From positions 128,001 to 192,000 of the forward strand of contig CAXXNF010000001.1 in assembly GCA_963666365.2 (NCBI GenBank): DNA of 64,000 bases, written 5' to 3'. Of the stretch, positions 32,898-43,045 are shown piece by piece (position 1 is the first letter of the stretch; each line of letters starts with the position of its first letter). This DNA comes from Syntrophales bacterium (GTDB lineage: Bacteria > Desulfobacterota > Syntrophia > Syntrophales > UBA2210). A model generated the notes under the pieces. The model was not told where the DNA came from. It saw nothing but the letters and a program-made list of their open reading frames with translations, and ran no database searches. The translations under genes were made by a program, and so were the position numbers.

Positions 32898-34177
32898 TCA
32901 TAGAGAGCGGGTTCCCGCGGTTTGAGAAACATCATGAGCACGGCGACTATAATCAGTATTACAAGGTTGATCCGCCATGCCGACGTGTAGGATCCCGTCG
33001 TGTCATAGATCAGACCTCCCAGCAGGGGTCCCAGGCTGCCGATGCCGGCCACAAAAAAGGAAAGCGTTCCGTAGGCGGAACCGAGTGTCTGTCTGCCGAA
33101 ACGGTCTGAAAGAATCACCGGCATGAGGGGCGCCATGCATCCATAGCCGAAACCGAATACGACAGCGAACAGATAAAGCATCCCCACCGTGGCAACCTTC
33201 AGCATGAGCGCCATTGCCGCCGCCATGATGCTGAACCCGATGACGGCTGCGTATTTGGGATCGCGAAGCCGGTCACTGACGAACCCGTGAAAGAACCTTC
33301 CGAAGATACTCGCCACGCCGATGATGCCCAGCGACGATGCAGCGGCGATCTTTTCGATATTGCAGTTTGTGGCATGGGCTACCAGGTGTACGAACATCAT
33401 CAGGGGAACAATCGCGGCAGCACTGAAACAGACGGCAAGAATCCAGAAGCGTGAATTCTTTAGAATTGATGTCATGGTAAGGGCGGTATCGTCCTTAAAC
33501 TGTTCAGTGCCCAAAGGTGCACCGGCACGAATCGACTCGCCATCGGGCAGAAGTCCGTGCGCCTCGGGATTTGATTTCCCCATGCAGATTTGGGCAACCA
33601 CTACGCCAAAGAGAACCATACACACACCGATGGACAAAAAGCCGGTGCGCCAGCCGAAATTCTTCACCGCCCATCCCGCATAGGGGGTCATAAGCATGGT
33701 GCCCAGGCCGATCCCCATGCTGGCAACTCCCACGGCAATCCCCTTTTTTCTGATGAACCATTTTCCCACGGAAGAACTGTTAATCACCACACCGAACCCG
33801 GCCGAGCCAAGTCCGCAGAGCACACCGAAAAACAGATAGATTTGATAGGGGTGCCGAGCAATCCCCATAAGACCGAACCCGAGGGCTGACAACACGACCC
33901 CGATGGTCATGATCCACCGGGGGGCCATACGATCCAGAAGCCTTCCCGCCACCACGCCGCTTGCGGCATACATGAGAAGATTCACGGTGGCTCCGAGCGA
34001 AATGGTCGACATGGACCACCCGTACTCGGAAAACATGGGTTTTACGAAAACACCAAAGCTGTACCGGGCGCCGTAATTGATCCCCAGCATAAAAAACGCT
34101 CCGATCACCACCACCCAGCCCCAGTAAATGCCGTTGTGCACCTCTACAGGACCGGTCCCGGACATGTCGGACCTCAT
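32888..34177 (-). CDS. MFS transporter (MCT/OFA-like)
   Basis: About 12 hydrophobic segments, YWGWVVV start, GRLLDRMAPR motif A; GGAGG RBS before ATG 34177. Confidence 0.92.
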   Translation of the reverse strand: MRSDMSGTGPVEVHNGIYWGWVVVIGAFFMLGINYGARYSFGVFVKPMFSEYGWSMSTISLGATVNLLMYAASGVVAGRLLDRMAPRWIMTIGVVLSALGFGLMGIARHPYQIYLFFGVLCGLGSAGFGVVINSSSVGKWFIRKKGIAVGVASMGIGLGTMLMTPYAGWAVKNFGWRTGFLSIGVCMVLFGVVVAQICMGKSNPEAHGLLPDGESIRAGAPLGTEQFKDDTALTMTSILKNSRFWILAVCFSAAAIVPLMMFVHLVAHATNCNIEKIAAASSLGIIGVASIFGRFFHGFVSDRLRDPKYAAVIGFSIMAAAMALMLKVATVGMLYLFAVVFGFGYGCMAPLMPVILSDRFGRQTLGSAYGTLSFFVAGIGSLGPLLGGLIYDTTGSYTSAWRINLVILIIVAVLMMFLKPREPALYEGK

Positions 34178-34305
34178 CGTCCCTCCTTCGTTATTTTTCT
34201 CGATGTTCTCCCATTTTTCTCCCCCCGGAAGGCTCGCCTTTACGGCAGCCAATAACTGTGATAGGCTGATCCGGCAAAGAAGAAAGTGAGAACACAATTA
34301 TTTCT

Positions 34306-36396
34306 ATGGCACAAGCGGACGAATTCCACAAGCCCGGAAAAAAATCACAAGGATATAGACGCCGGAGGAAAGGGCCTTCCCGCGGACAGGAGCAGGCGCA
34401 TGAACCCCGAAGAATGAAGGCCGAGGTCGAACCGGAGTTACAGGGAATTTTTTCCCGCATCGGCAAACCGGAGCAGGCCCCCTTTATTCCCGATCCCTTC
34501 CAGACCGAGGCGCTTGACGCCATCACCGGAACGGATTGTCTCGTTTCGGCCCCCACGGGGTCAGGAAAAACCTGGATCGCCCAGGAGGCTATCGCCCATA
34601 CCCTGGCCCGTGGTGGACGCTGCTGGTACGCCTCGCCCCTGAAGGCACTCTCCAATGCCAAGTGGGTCGAATTCAGCGAACTTTTCGGCAACAACCGTGT
34701 GGGAATCCTGACGGGAGACACGAAGGAAAACGCCGATGCCGAAGTAATCGTAGGCACGACGGAAATTCTACGAAATCAGCTTTATGACGCGATGCATACA
34801 GGAGAAATGCTGAACTGCGATCTGGTGATTCTCGACGAGGCCCATTTTCTGGGTGACGAAGACCGCGGCGTAGTCTGGGAAGAAATCATGATCTACCTGC
34901 CCACCCGCATCAATCTGCTTCTCCTTTCAGCAACCATCGGCAACGCCGAAGAAATCGCCGGATGGCTCCAGTCCATTCGGGACAAGCAATGCATCGTCAT
35001 AGAGGAAACAAAACGACCCGTTCCTCTCTATCCGCTCTTTCTTCACCCCTCGGGACGGGTGCTGCCCCTGCTTTCAAAACGGGCACTTCATGAGAAGGTG
35101 ACCGCCTTTCTCGAAAAGTCCCGCGGCGGGGGACGCTTCAGACGGGTAGAACCCTTTGACGACATACTGCATGTCCTGCGGGAGCTGAACCTGCTCCCGG
35201 CGCTTTTCTTTCTGAAATCACGCGAAGAATGCAACACCGCCGTCACCCTCTGCCGCAGCCGCGTAGGGCGGATTGATCAGGGAAACTTCGAACATGAACT
35301 TGACACCTATCTTGAACGATACCCTTTCCTCAAAAACCATAAACAGATCGGCGGTCTGAGAAAGCTTCGCGTGGGCGCCCACCATGGCGGCCAATTGCCG
35401 GCATGGAAGTTCCTGGTGGAACATATGATGAAAAGCGGTTACCTCGATGCCGTCTTTGCCACATCGACGGTGGCGGCGGGGGTCAATTTCCCGGCCCGCA
35501 CCGTGGTGATCTTCAATTCCGACCGGTACAACGGCCACGAGTTCCTCCCCCTGGACGCAACGGCCTTTCATCAGATGACGGGGCGGGCTGGACGGCGCGG
35601 TCTGGACAAGATCGGATTCATGGTGGCCGTTCCGGGGCGGTTTATGGATCTTCGGCACGTACGAACCCTGCTCGCCAAACGACCGGAAAAAATCGAAAGC
35701 CAGATAAAAAACGACTTTTCAATGGTCCTGAACCTTCTGCTTTCTCATCACCCCCATGAAATCAGGACCATTTTCGAATCATCCCTTGCCGATTTCCGGC
35801 CATCGCGAAAAAAACGCCCCATGAGCGGCGGCCTCTGGGAAGAATTCAACCGATACCTGGCATTCCTGAAGGAGGAAGGCTACGTGGACCAACGAAACTT
35901 CCTGACCGATAAGGGAATCTGGACCTCACAGCTTCGCCTCGATCAGCCGCTTCTCATCGCCCAGTGCGTCCAGGATAAGGCCTTTCCCGAAGATGATCCG
36001 GCGCTTCTGGCCGCAGTGGTGGCGCCTTTCGTCTATGACCGAAACCATGACATAACGCTCGCCAAGAGCAGCATTCCAAAGAAATTGAGGAAGGCCTACG
36101 GGGTGATGATCAACGCGGTGAATCCTGTATCCCTGAAAATGAACGGCGCAGGATTCGAGGTGACGCCCCTGCTTCCCTGGCCGGCCCTTGCCGTCTACCA
36201 CTGGTCGCGGGGACTGGACTGGAACCTGATCATAAGAACACTGCGCATCGCCGACGGCGACATGGCCATGCTGGTCACGAGAACCGCCGACAACCTCCAG
36301 CAGATCGCATCCCTCAGAGAAACCCACCCCAAAATAGCCGCCTGCGCCGTAGAGGCAAAAAAACTCATCATGAGAGAACCGGTGGTGTTTGAGTAA
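34306..36396 (+). CDS. Ski2/HelY-like DEAH-box helicase
   Basis: APTGSGKT, PLKALSN, TTEILRN, DEAH, SAT, QMTGRAGRRG. Confidence 0.93.
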   Translation: MAQADEFHKPGKKSQGYRRRRKGPSRGQEQAHEPRRMKAEVEPELQGIFSRIGKPEQAPFIPDPFQTEALDAITGTDCLVSAPTGSGKTWIAQEAIAHTLARGGRCWYASPLKALSNAKWVEFSELFGNNRVGILTGDTKENADAEVIVGTTEILRNQLYDAMHTGEMLNCDLVILDEAHFLGDEDRGVVWEEIMIYLPTRINLLLLSATIGNAEEIAGWLQSIRDKQCIVIEETKRPVPLYPLFLHPSGRVLPLLSKRALHEKVTAFLEKSRGGGRFRRVEPFDDILHVLRELNLLPALFFLKSREECNTAVTLCRSRVGRIDQGNFEHELDTYLERYPFLKNHKQIGGLRKLRVGAHHGGQLPAWKFLVEHMMKSGYLDAVFATSTVAAGVNFPARTVVIFNSDRYNGHEFLPLDATAFHQMTGRAGRRGLDKIGFMVAVPGRFMDLRHVRTLLAKRPEKIESQIKNDFSMVLNLLLSHHPHEIRTIFESSLADFRPSRKKRPMSGGLWEEFNRYLAFLKEEGYVDQRNFLTDKGIWTSQLRLDQPLLIAQCVQDKAFPEDDPALLAAVVAPFVYDRNHDITLAKSSIPKKLRKAYGVMINAVNPVSLKMNGAGFEVTPLLPWPALAVYHWSRGLDWNLIIRTLRIADGDMAMLVTRTADNLQQIASLRETHPKIAACAVEAKKLIMREPVVFE

Positions 36397-36611
36397 ACGT
36401 TCTATGTGCTACGTTCTATGTGCTATGTTGGCGGTTGAACTATATTTGTGTTCCCTGTTTTGCGTTCATCATCCTTTTTCCAGTACCTATCGCCCATAAC
36501 CTATAACCTTTTTTATTATATGCCGTCATTTGTTTCTTGACAGAAGGAGACCGATCGATATATAAGCCCGGTTTCTATCACGAAGCCTCAGCGATCGCGA
36601 TACAACCATGC

Positions 36612-36687
<76 letters not shown>

Positions 36688-36695
36688 ATAAATTC

Positions 36696-36726
36696 AGGCG
36701 GTTATTAACGTAACCGCCTTTTCTTA
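36696..36726 (+). terminator. Terminator after tRNA-Glu
   Basis: AGGCGGTTA-TTAACG-TAACCGCCT followed by TTTCTT. Confidence 0.75.
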
Positions 36727-37450
36727 TTTGTGGGCGGACACACATGTGGACACACCGTAAGCCTTTTTTCCGGTTATTTCGAAAAATTTACATATCATAA
36801 CTATCTGATATTAATTATATAATATTTTCTAGGCCACCGGCGTAACAGGTCGATCACCAAGCTGCGAATGTTCAGATATTCATTACGTGATCATACGTCT
36901 CCCTGACTGACAATAGATCTCTTAATTCTAGAGGCAACATGAATGACGCGTGCCATCGTCTTTTGTTTTCACTCCTCTTCCTTCCCTTCGCCGTTCAATA
37001 AATGTCTCATCCTATTTTTATAATGCTGTGAGTACACCACCCCTGAACAAACCGTAATCAAAAGGATTAAAGATTCTCTCCATCAAGGCATCCCTTCAAA
37101 AACGAGAAATACTTCCCTGGACGGACACGTTGCGGGGACTTCAATTTCAGGCCTCCATGCCCCTGATTCGATAAAGAATATTATGTGAATAAATAAAAAC
37201 GGCCATAGCGGAGGGGTTAAAAAAGATTGACCCAGTATGGCCGTTTTATGATGTTTATTCGGAATAGTAGCTACTTACCTTTTCGTTTCGCTTCCTCCTC
37301 TTCCCTTTTGAATATCATCAATTAAACATAGTAAGGCTCGAAACACTTTGGCGCTGTCGGCCACGCAGGTGGAAATCCGATAAAACAATCCCCACAGGCA
37401 GCATCGGTAAAAGCCGGCCTCCTCGGCTAAAAACAAATATATAATCAAGC

Positions 37451-38128
37451 TTATTGAGCCTTCAGCTTCTGATCGCCGCCGCGCACTAATAGCTTCAATT
37501 GTGGCAAGAACATAAACATCAGATTTTCCTTCACCCATTTCTTGTATTCAGGGCTGCCAGGGGCCATCCCGAGAATGCCGGCATGATAGGCGCCGGCACC
37601 CAAATAATTTATGGCGAGTGTGTTGAAATTGTGGGCGAATCGCTCAATTTCCTGATCTGTTGCGCGTACTGAAGACGCTTTTTTAAAGACTGGTATGGTT
37701 CGGGCAACAAAATTCTGCAATAAAAAATAATTGGGAATGATTTGAGATTTGTTGGCCTGAACCAGGTTGAGGAGCACAATCCTCAAGGCCGCGGGATGTG
37801 TGTGCGTAAATGCAATCAGACGATCAATGTATAGAGACAATCCCTCCGTTGCATTCATGCCCCCGGTCTCATTGAGCCACTTCGTATTAGCCTGGTAGTA
37901 TTCATTCAATACATCCGAAAGAACCGCTTCGAAGAGCGCCGCCTTTGAAGAAAAATAGTACATGACAAGCTGGTAATTAAGACCGGCGGCATCCCCAACC
38001 ATTCGTATGCTCGCCGTGTGATAGGGATATTCAGAAAATATTTTTTTTGCGGCAGCGAGTATTTTTGCCGCGGTATCGGTTTTTCTTGTTACGGTTGGAA
38101 CCTGTGTGTGGGCGCTGTCTTTCTTCAA
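37451..38128 (-). CDS. TetR/AcrR-family transcriptional regulator
   Basis: N-terminal HTH ILAAAKKIFSE..ASIRMVG..YYFSSKAALF; divergent from the catabolic cluster. Confidence 0.9.
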   Translation of the reverse strand: MKKDSAHTQVPTVTRKTDTAAKILAAAKKIFSEYPYHTASIRMVGDAAGLNYQLVMYYFSSKAALFEAVLSDVLNEYYQANTKWLNETGGMNATEGLSLYIDRLIAFTHTHPAALRIVLLNLVQANKSQIIPNYFLLQNFVARTIPVFKKASSVRATDQEIERFAHNFNTLAINYLGAGAYHAGILGMAPGSPEYKKWVKENLMFMFLPQLKLLVRGGDQKLKAQ

Positions 38129-38183
38129 TGAGGGCCATCCTGTTTCACGTATTCTTGGTATGTATTGATTAAACGAAAAGAAA

Positions 38184-38265
38184 TGTCAACATGTATTTTA
38201 CAGTCGTAAAATACATGTTGACAGGAAACGAGTCATAGGATAGGGGATATTTTACGATCGTAAAA
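38184..38265. promoter_or_regulatory. Two putative TetR operators (TTTTAC-N4-GTAAAA) with divergent -35 hexamers
   Basis: Perfect 18-bp-arm palindrome 38184-38223 and a second core TTTTACGATCGTAAAA at 38250-38265. Confidence 0.8.
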
Positions 38266-38333
38266 AGGGCAGGAGTCATTCTATAGGTATTGGTATAATC
38301 GGATGAAAAACAATCTTATAAGGAGGCAGATAC

Positions 38334-39239
38334 ATGAAAGTGTTGAGAACACCCGACGAACGGTTTGAGAATCTTCCGGGCTATCCCTTCGCGCCACATT
38401 ATGCAGAGGTTCCCGACGGTGAAGACGGAACCCTGAGGATCCATTACGTGGATGAGGGACCACGGGACGCTGAGCCAGTGCTGCTGATGCACGGCGAACC
38501 CAGTTGGTCCTACCTGTACCGCACAATGATTCCCGTTATTACCAATGCCGGGCACAGGGCCATCGCGCCTGACCTGGTGGGTTTCGGTCGCTCTGATAAA
38601 CCGGCGGAGAGGGACAACTACACGTACCAGCGCCATGTGGACTGGATGCAGACCTGGCTGAACAAGACGGATCTGCAGGATATCACCCTCGTCTGCCAGG
38701 ACTGGGGCGGTCTGATCGGACTGCGCCTTGTGGCCGCAAATCTCGAACGGTTTGCCAGGGTGGTTGTCGCCAACACCGGTCTGCCCACGGGCGACCATTC
38801 CATTACCGACGCTTTTTTGAACTGGCGCACGTTTTCCATCGAAACACCGGATTTTGATGCCGGCGCTATCGTCGCCATGTCCACCCAAAATAAGATGACG
38901 GATGAGGTTATCGCCGCATACAACGCACCTTTTCCGGACGACAGCTATAAAGCTGGCGCCCGTATCTTTCCCTCCCTCGTGCCCATTGCACCGGACGATC
39001 CCGCATCCCAGGCCAACCGTCAGGCATGGGAAGTGTTTTCCACCTTTTCAAAACCATTCCTGACGTCCTTCAGTGACGGCGATCCCATCACGCGCGGTGG
39101 CGACCTCATTTTTCAACAAAAGATTCCCGGCGCACAGGGCCAACCCCATACAACGATCAGAGGGGCGGGACATTTTCTTCAGGAAGACAAGGGGGAGGAA
39201 TTTGCTGAGGTCGTTGTCAATTTCATAAAGAACGGATGA
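38334..39239 (+). CDS. Haloalkane dehalogenase (HLD-I, DhmA/DhlA-like)
   Basis: HGEPSWSYLYR, nucleophile QDWGG, FSDGDP, GAGHFLQED. Confidence 0.92.
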   Translation: MKVLRTPDERFENLPGYPFAPHYAEVPDGEDGTLRIHYVDEGPRDAEPVLLMHGEPSWSYLYRTMIPVITNAGHRAIAPDLVGFGRSDKPAERDNYTYQRHVDWMQTWLNKTDLQDITLVCQDWGGLIGLRLVAANLERFARVVVANTGLPTGDHSITDAFLNWRTFSIETPDFDAGAIVAMSTQNKMTDEVIAAYNAPFPDDSYKAGARIFPSLVPIAPDDPASQANRQAWEVFSTFSKPFLTSFSDGDPITRGGDLIFQQKIPGAQGQPHTTIRGAGHFLQEDKGEEFAEVVVNFIKNG

Positions 39240-39521
39240 TAGGAGATATGGCCGAGCTGGAAGATAAGATCAAAGCGTTCGCAAAAAAAGCGGGGTCTGA
39301 ACGGCAGAATTACACGCGCATCAGGAGGCAGTATGACTGACAAAAATTCGTTTCCCGCCGACAATGGGTTCAAGGACCCGGCAGGCATTTAACAAACGCA
39401 TGGCCGAAGTGGATCAGCACCCCGACGGTGAAGACCTGCAAAAGGCGCGGGATTTCGCCAAAGGCATCCTGGCCAAATAGCAAAGAGAAAATAGGCACAT
39501 CGATTCAAAGGAGGGAAAGAC

Positions 39522-40628
39522 ATGGGTGAGCAGACTTACATTCAGATCGCAGAGAACGTGGACAAGAATTTTCAGACCGCCCCAAAGGCCGGCGATGAAC
39601 TTTCGCAGGCTTTTATCGCCTATCTGAAAATAGTGTATACCCCGGAAGAAGCCAAGGTGGTTCGGCATATGTTTATGTTCCCGATGACAAAGACCTTGGA
39701 GGAGTTGGCGGAGGCAACGGGGAAAAGCCCTGAGAAGGTGCAAAACATCCTCGCTCCGTTGATCGCAAAAGGCTTCATCAACGCTTCCAGGGCCGGGGTC
39801 TGCATCCCGGCTATGCCGGACCTGGTGAACCTGCACATGTTTTACCCTGACATCAAACCGGAGGACCAGGAGGCAGCCAGACTCTACCAGCAGTTTTTCA
39901 TCAAGGAGAAATACTATAAATACTACGCCACTTCGGGAAAGGGCACCCCCGCGCTTCGGGCGATTCCCATCGACAAGACCATTCATCCCGAGGAAAAAAT
40001 CTTTACGGCTGAAGAAGCCCACCAGTTCATCCATAATCTTCCGACCGAGGATTTTCAACTGGTTCCCTGCCCCTGCCGCACACGTACGGAAAAACTGGGT
40101 ATCCGTGAATGCCGGGACAGGTTCCCCATCGGAAGTTGTATTTTTATCGGCGGCACGGCAAGGCATTTCAAGAAACTGGGGTTGGGCGGCCGGGTCACCC
40201 GAGAACAAGCCGTCAAGTACCTGGACGACATGGTGGAACTCGGCCTGGTTCCCACCACCCAGAATCACATGGCCGGAAACTTCGGCCTGATGTGCCTGTG
40301 CTGCGGCTGCTGCTGCTCCAACTTGCGGGGCCGCACGGTCTGGGACAACCCCACGGCGGTACTGCCTTCCTCCTTCATCCCCATCGCCGGAGAAGATTGC
40401 GTGCAGTGCGGAATCTGCGTCGACCGCTGCATGCTCGGGGCACTTCACCTGGACGAGGGAGAAGAAAAGGTGGTGGTGGATGCTGAAAAATGCATCGGCT
40501 GCGGCGTCTGCGCCGTCGCCTGCCCTACGGAAGCCTTGAAGCTCCATCGCATCGATCGGCCGGAAAAGCCCTTCGATACCGGTATGGAGTGGTATATGAC
40601 CGTGGCACAGGAAAACAACCGGCTGTAG
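39522..40628 (+). CDS. Poly-Cys 4Fe-4S protein, paralog 1
   Basis: N-terminal wHTH-like region (YTPEEA), CPCR, CLCCGCCC, two CxxCxxCxxxC motifs. Confidence 0.88.
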   Translation: MGEQTYIQIAENVDKNFQTAPKAGDELSQAFIAYLKIVYTPEEAKVVRHMFMFPMTKTLEELAEATGKSPEKVQNILAPLIAKGFINASRAGVCIPAMPDLVNLHMFYPDIKPEDQEAARLYQQFFIKEKYYKYYATSGKGTPALRAIPIDKTIHPEEKIFTAEEAHQFIHNLPTEDFQLVPCPCRTRTEKLGIRECRDRFPIGSCIFIGGTARHFKKLGLGGRVTREQAVKYLDDMVELGLVPTTQNHMAGNFGLMCLCCGCCCSNLRGRTVWDNPTAVLPSSFIPIAGEDCVQCGICVDRCMLGALHLDEGEEKVVVDAEKCIGCGVCAVACPTEALKLHRIDRPEKPFDTGMEWYMTVAQENNRL

Positions 40629-40713
40629 CCGTCTACAATTTAAGGAGGACTAAACATGATAGATCCTGTGTACAAAGATATAGTTGATGTCATGAGCGAA
40701 AGAGGAGTGGCTT

Positions 40714-40850
40714 GGGGGCGATCTCATTTTTCAAAATAAGATCCCCGGCGCGGAGGACCAACCCCGTACAATGATCAAAGGGGCGGGACATTTTCTTCAG
40801 GAAGACAAGGGGGAGGAATTTGCCACGTCATCGTAGACTTCATCGCCAAA
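40714..40850 (+). pseudogene. 3' remnant of a second haloalkane dehalogenase
   Basis: GGDLIFQNKIPGAEDQPRTMIKGAGHFLQEDKGEEFA aligns with the C-terminus of 38334..39239. Confidence 0.9.
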
Positions 40851-41143
40851 ACGCCGGTGCGGCGTCGTATGCCCGGTACGCGAAGAAGGTGGACAGGTTT
40901 CTGAAAGATGTCGGGGGCACGGTAACGTACATGGGAAAAATGAATGAGTTGTTGATCGGTCATGAAACCTGGGATGCCATCATCCTCGTGCAGTATCCAT
41001 CCAGAAAAGCGTACCTGAAAATGGTCAACGATCCTGACTATCTGAAAATACATAAGTATCGAGCAGCGGCCATCGATCGTTCCGTTCTCTATGCCATCGA
41101 TGAGATGGATGCGCAAGAGCTCTTCTTTGGGGCGAAGTCATAG
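40851..41143 (+). pseudogene. 5'-truncated DUF1330-family gene
   Basis: GAASYARY..WDAIILVQYPSRKAYLKM resembles 44224..44601; no start codon or RBS of its own. Confidence 0.75.
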
Positions 41144-41207
41144 GGCAAGACAGCCATCTTGTTCATGCCGCACGTGTACATCTGTTATAGTAAGAAAGGG
41201 GGAAACA

Positions 41208-42272
41208 ATGAAGGACGTATATCAACGATTGGCCGAATTTCTCGATACCCTTCCCCAGCGGTATCCTCTGAACACCGAATCGGGAATCGAATTAAAAATC
41301 CTTAAACACATTTTCACCCCGGAGGATGCGGAATGGTTCATGCGACTCAAACCGGCGCCGGAAACGGCGGAGAAAATTGCCGAACGTATCGGAAAGGACC
41401 CGGAGGAAACCGAAAAGACGCTCTATGACATGTCGAAAAACGGGCTGATCTTCCGCACGGGAAAACCGCGAAACTACCGATACATGGCAACGGCCTTCCT
41501 GGTGGGAATCACCGAGTTTCAGATGAACCGTATGACTCCCGCTCTGGTGAAAGACCTGGAAAAATTCGCGCCGGCTTTGTATGAAGCCACCTGGATGAAG
41601 GGAAAAACGCGAGATCTGCGAACCATCCCTGTCGCCGAAAGCGTATCACCCGATTCCGAAATTATGCCCTATGAAAGTGCCGAGGAGGTGATAAAGTCCG
41701 CCCGACACGTATCCATTTCCGACTGTATGTGCCGCCGAATGAGCGCACTTCTCGACAAACCCTGCGACCGGCCCATGGAGACCTGTTTTCATTTCGGTAG
41801 TGGGACCCACTATTTTGTGGAAAACGGACTCGGTCGCTACATCTCTCAGGAGGAAGCCCTGGCTATCCTGAAAAAAGGCGTTGAGGCAGGTCTGGTCTGT
41901 CAGCTGGGTTCTTCTCAGAATCCCGCTGCTATGTGTATGTGCTGCGATTGCTGCTGCGGAGTTCTAATAGAGTTAAAAAATCATCACGCAAAACCGTCGG
42001 AGCTGGTCAACAGTAACTTCTATGCCGTGGTGGATAAAGACAAATGCACAGGTTGCGAGATCTGTATCGATCGATGCCAGATGGAAGCCATTACCGTCGA
42101 TGATATTGCCCAGGTAAACCTGGACCGCTGTATCGGATGCGGGCTCTGTTCCGTGACGTGCCCCACGGAGGCTATCAAGGTTTACCGCAAGGATAAGGAA
42201 AGGGAATTTATTCCGGAAAGAAATCTGATGGAATCCACCATGGCCATTTACCGGCAGCGGCGGGAAAACTGA
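41208..42272 (+). CDS. Poly-Cys 4Fe-4S protein, paralog 2
   Basis: FTPEDA, CMCR, CMCCDCCC, two ferredoxin motifs; RBS before ATG 41208. Confidence 0.88.
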   Translation: MKDVYQRLAEFLDTLPQRYPLNTESGIELKILKHIFTPEDAEWFMRLKPAPETAEKIAERIGKDPEETEKTLYDMSKNGLIFRTGKPRNYRYMATAFLVGITEFQMNRMTPALVKDLEKFAPALYEATWMKGKTRDLRTIPVAESVSPDSEIMPYESAEEVIKSARHVSISDCMCRRMSALLDKPCDRPMETCFHFGSGTHYFVENGLGRYISQEEALAILKKGVEAGLVCQLGSSQNPAAMCMCCDCCCGVLIELKNHHAKPSELVNSNFYAVVDKDKCTGCEICIDRCQMEAITVDDIAQVNLDRCIGCGLCSVTCPTEAIKVYRKDKEREFIPERNLMESTMAIYRQRREN

Positions 42273-42370
42273 ACTTTAACAATCGCTTCCAGAACACAAC
42301 ATAAACCGAAACACATGTGGTAAAAATAAAGCTTATCACGCATATAAACCTACAAAAGGAGAAAGTATTC

Positions 42371-43045
42371 ATGGAATTGAAAGAAGCTATAAACAAGCGG
42401 ATCAGCGTCAGAGGCTACAAGACAGACCCTGTTTCTAAAGAGGTATTGGCAGAAGTTATCGAAACCTCTCTTCGTGCACCGTCCGCTATGAACGTTCAAC
42501 CCTGGGAAATCACCATTCTTGCCGGTCAACCACTCGATGAGTTGCGCGCCGCAAATATTGAAAAGCTGAGTACGGGCACGGTGCCCGTTTCGGATTTCGG
42601 ACATTCGAAACCTTATGAAGGGGTCCATAAGGAACGCCAGCGTGCCTTGGGATTCGAACTGTACCGCCTCCTCGGGATCGCGCGGGACGACAAGGGGAAA
42701 CGGATGGAATGGACTATGAAGGGTTTTCGGGGGTTTGATGCTCCGGCCATGATCATCCTGTCGGCCGACGAAAGCCTAGAGTCCCGGCTGGCCAGCTCGG
42801 ATATCGGCGGTCTCATCCAGACCATCTGCCTGGTTGCCCTTGAACACGGCCTGGGCACCTGCATTAACGGGCAGGGAATTATCTTCCCCGATGCGGTCAG
42901 GAAGATTACCGGTATTCCCGATTCGGCAAAAATCTATATATGCATCGCCATCGGCTATCCCGATTGGGAACATCCCGCAAACAAGCTGGTAAGCGATCGA
43001 GAGTCTGTTGAAACCGTCACACGATGGGTTGGTTTTAACCAGTAA
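42371..43045 (+). CDS. Nitroreductase-family flavoprotein
   Basis: RISVRGY, APSAMNVQPW, HGLGTC, IAIGYP; AAGGAG RBS. Confidence 0.93.
   Translation: MELKEAINKRISVRGYKTDPVSKEVLAEVIETSLRAPSAMNVQPWEITILAGQPLDELRAANIEKLSTGTVPVSDFGHSKPYEGVHKERQRALGFELYRLLGIARDDKGKRMEWTMKGFRGFDAPAMIILSADESLESRLASSDIGGLIQTICLVALEHGLGTCINGQGIIFPDAVRKITGIPDSAKIYICIAIGYPDWEHPANKLVSDRESVETVTRWVGFNQ

Noticed and set aside
39414..40547. Long antisense ORF (377 aa), and similar ones at 15566..16486, 23968..24870 and 7625..8425
   Set aside because: These are shadow frames opposite well-supported genes.
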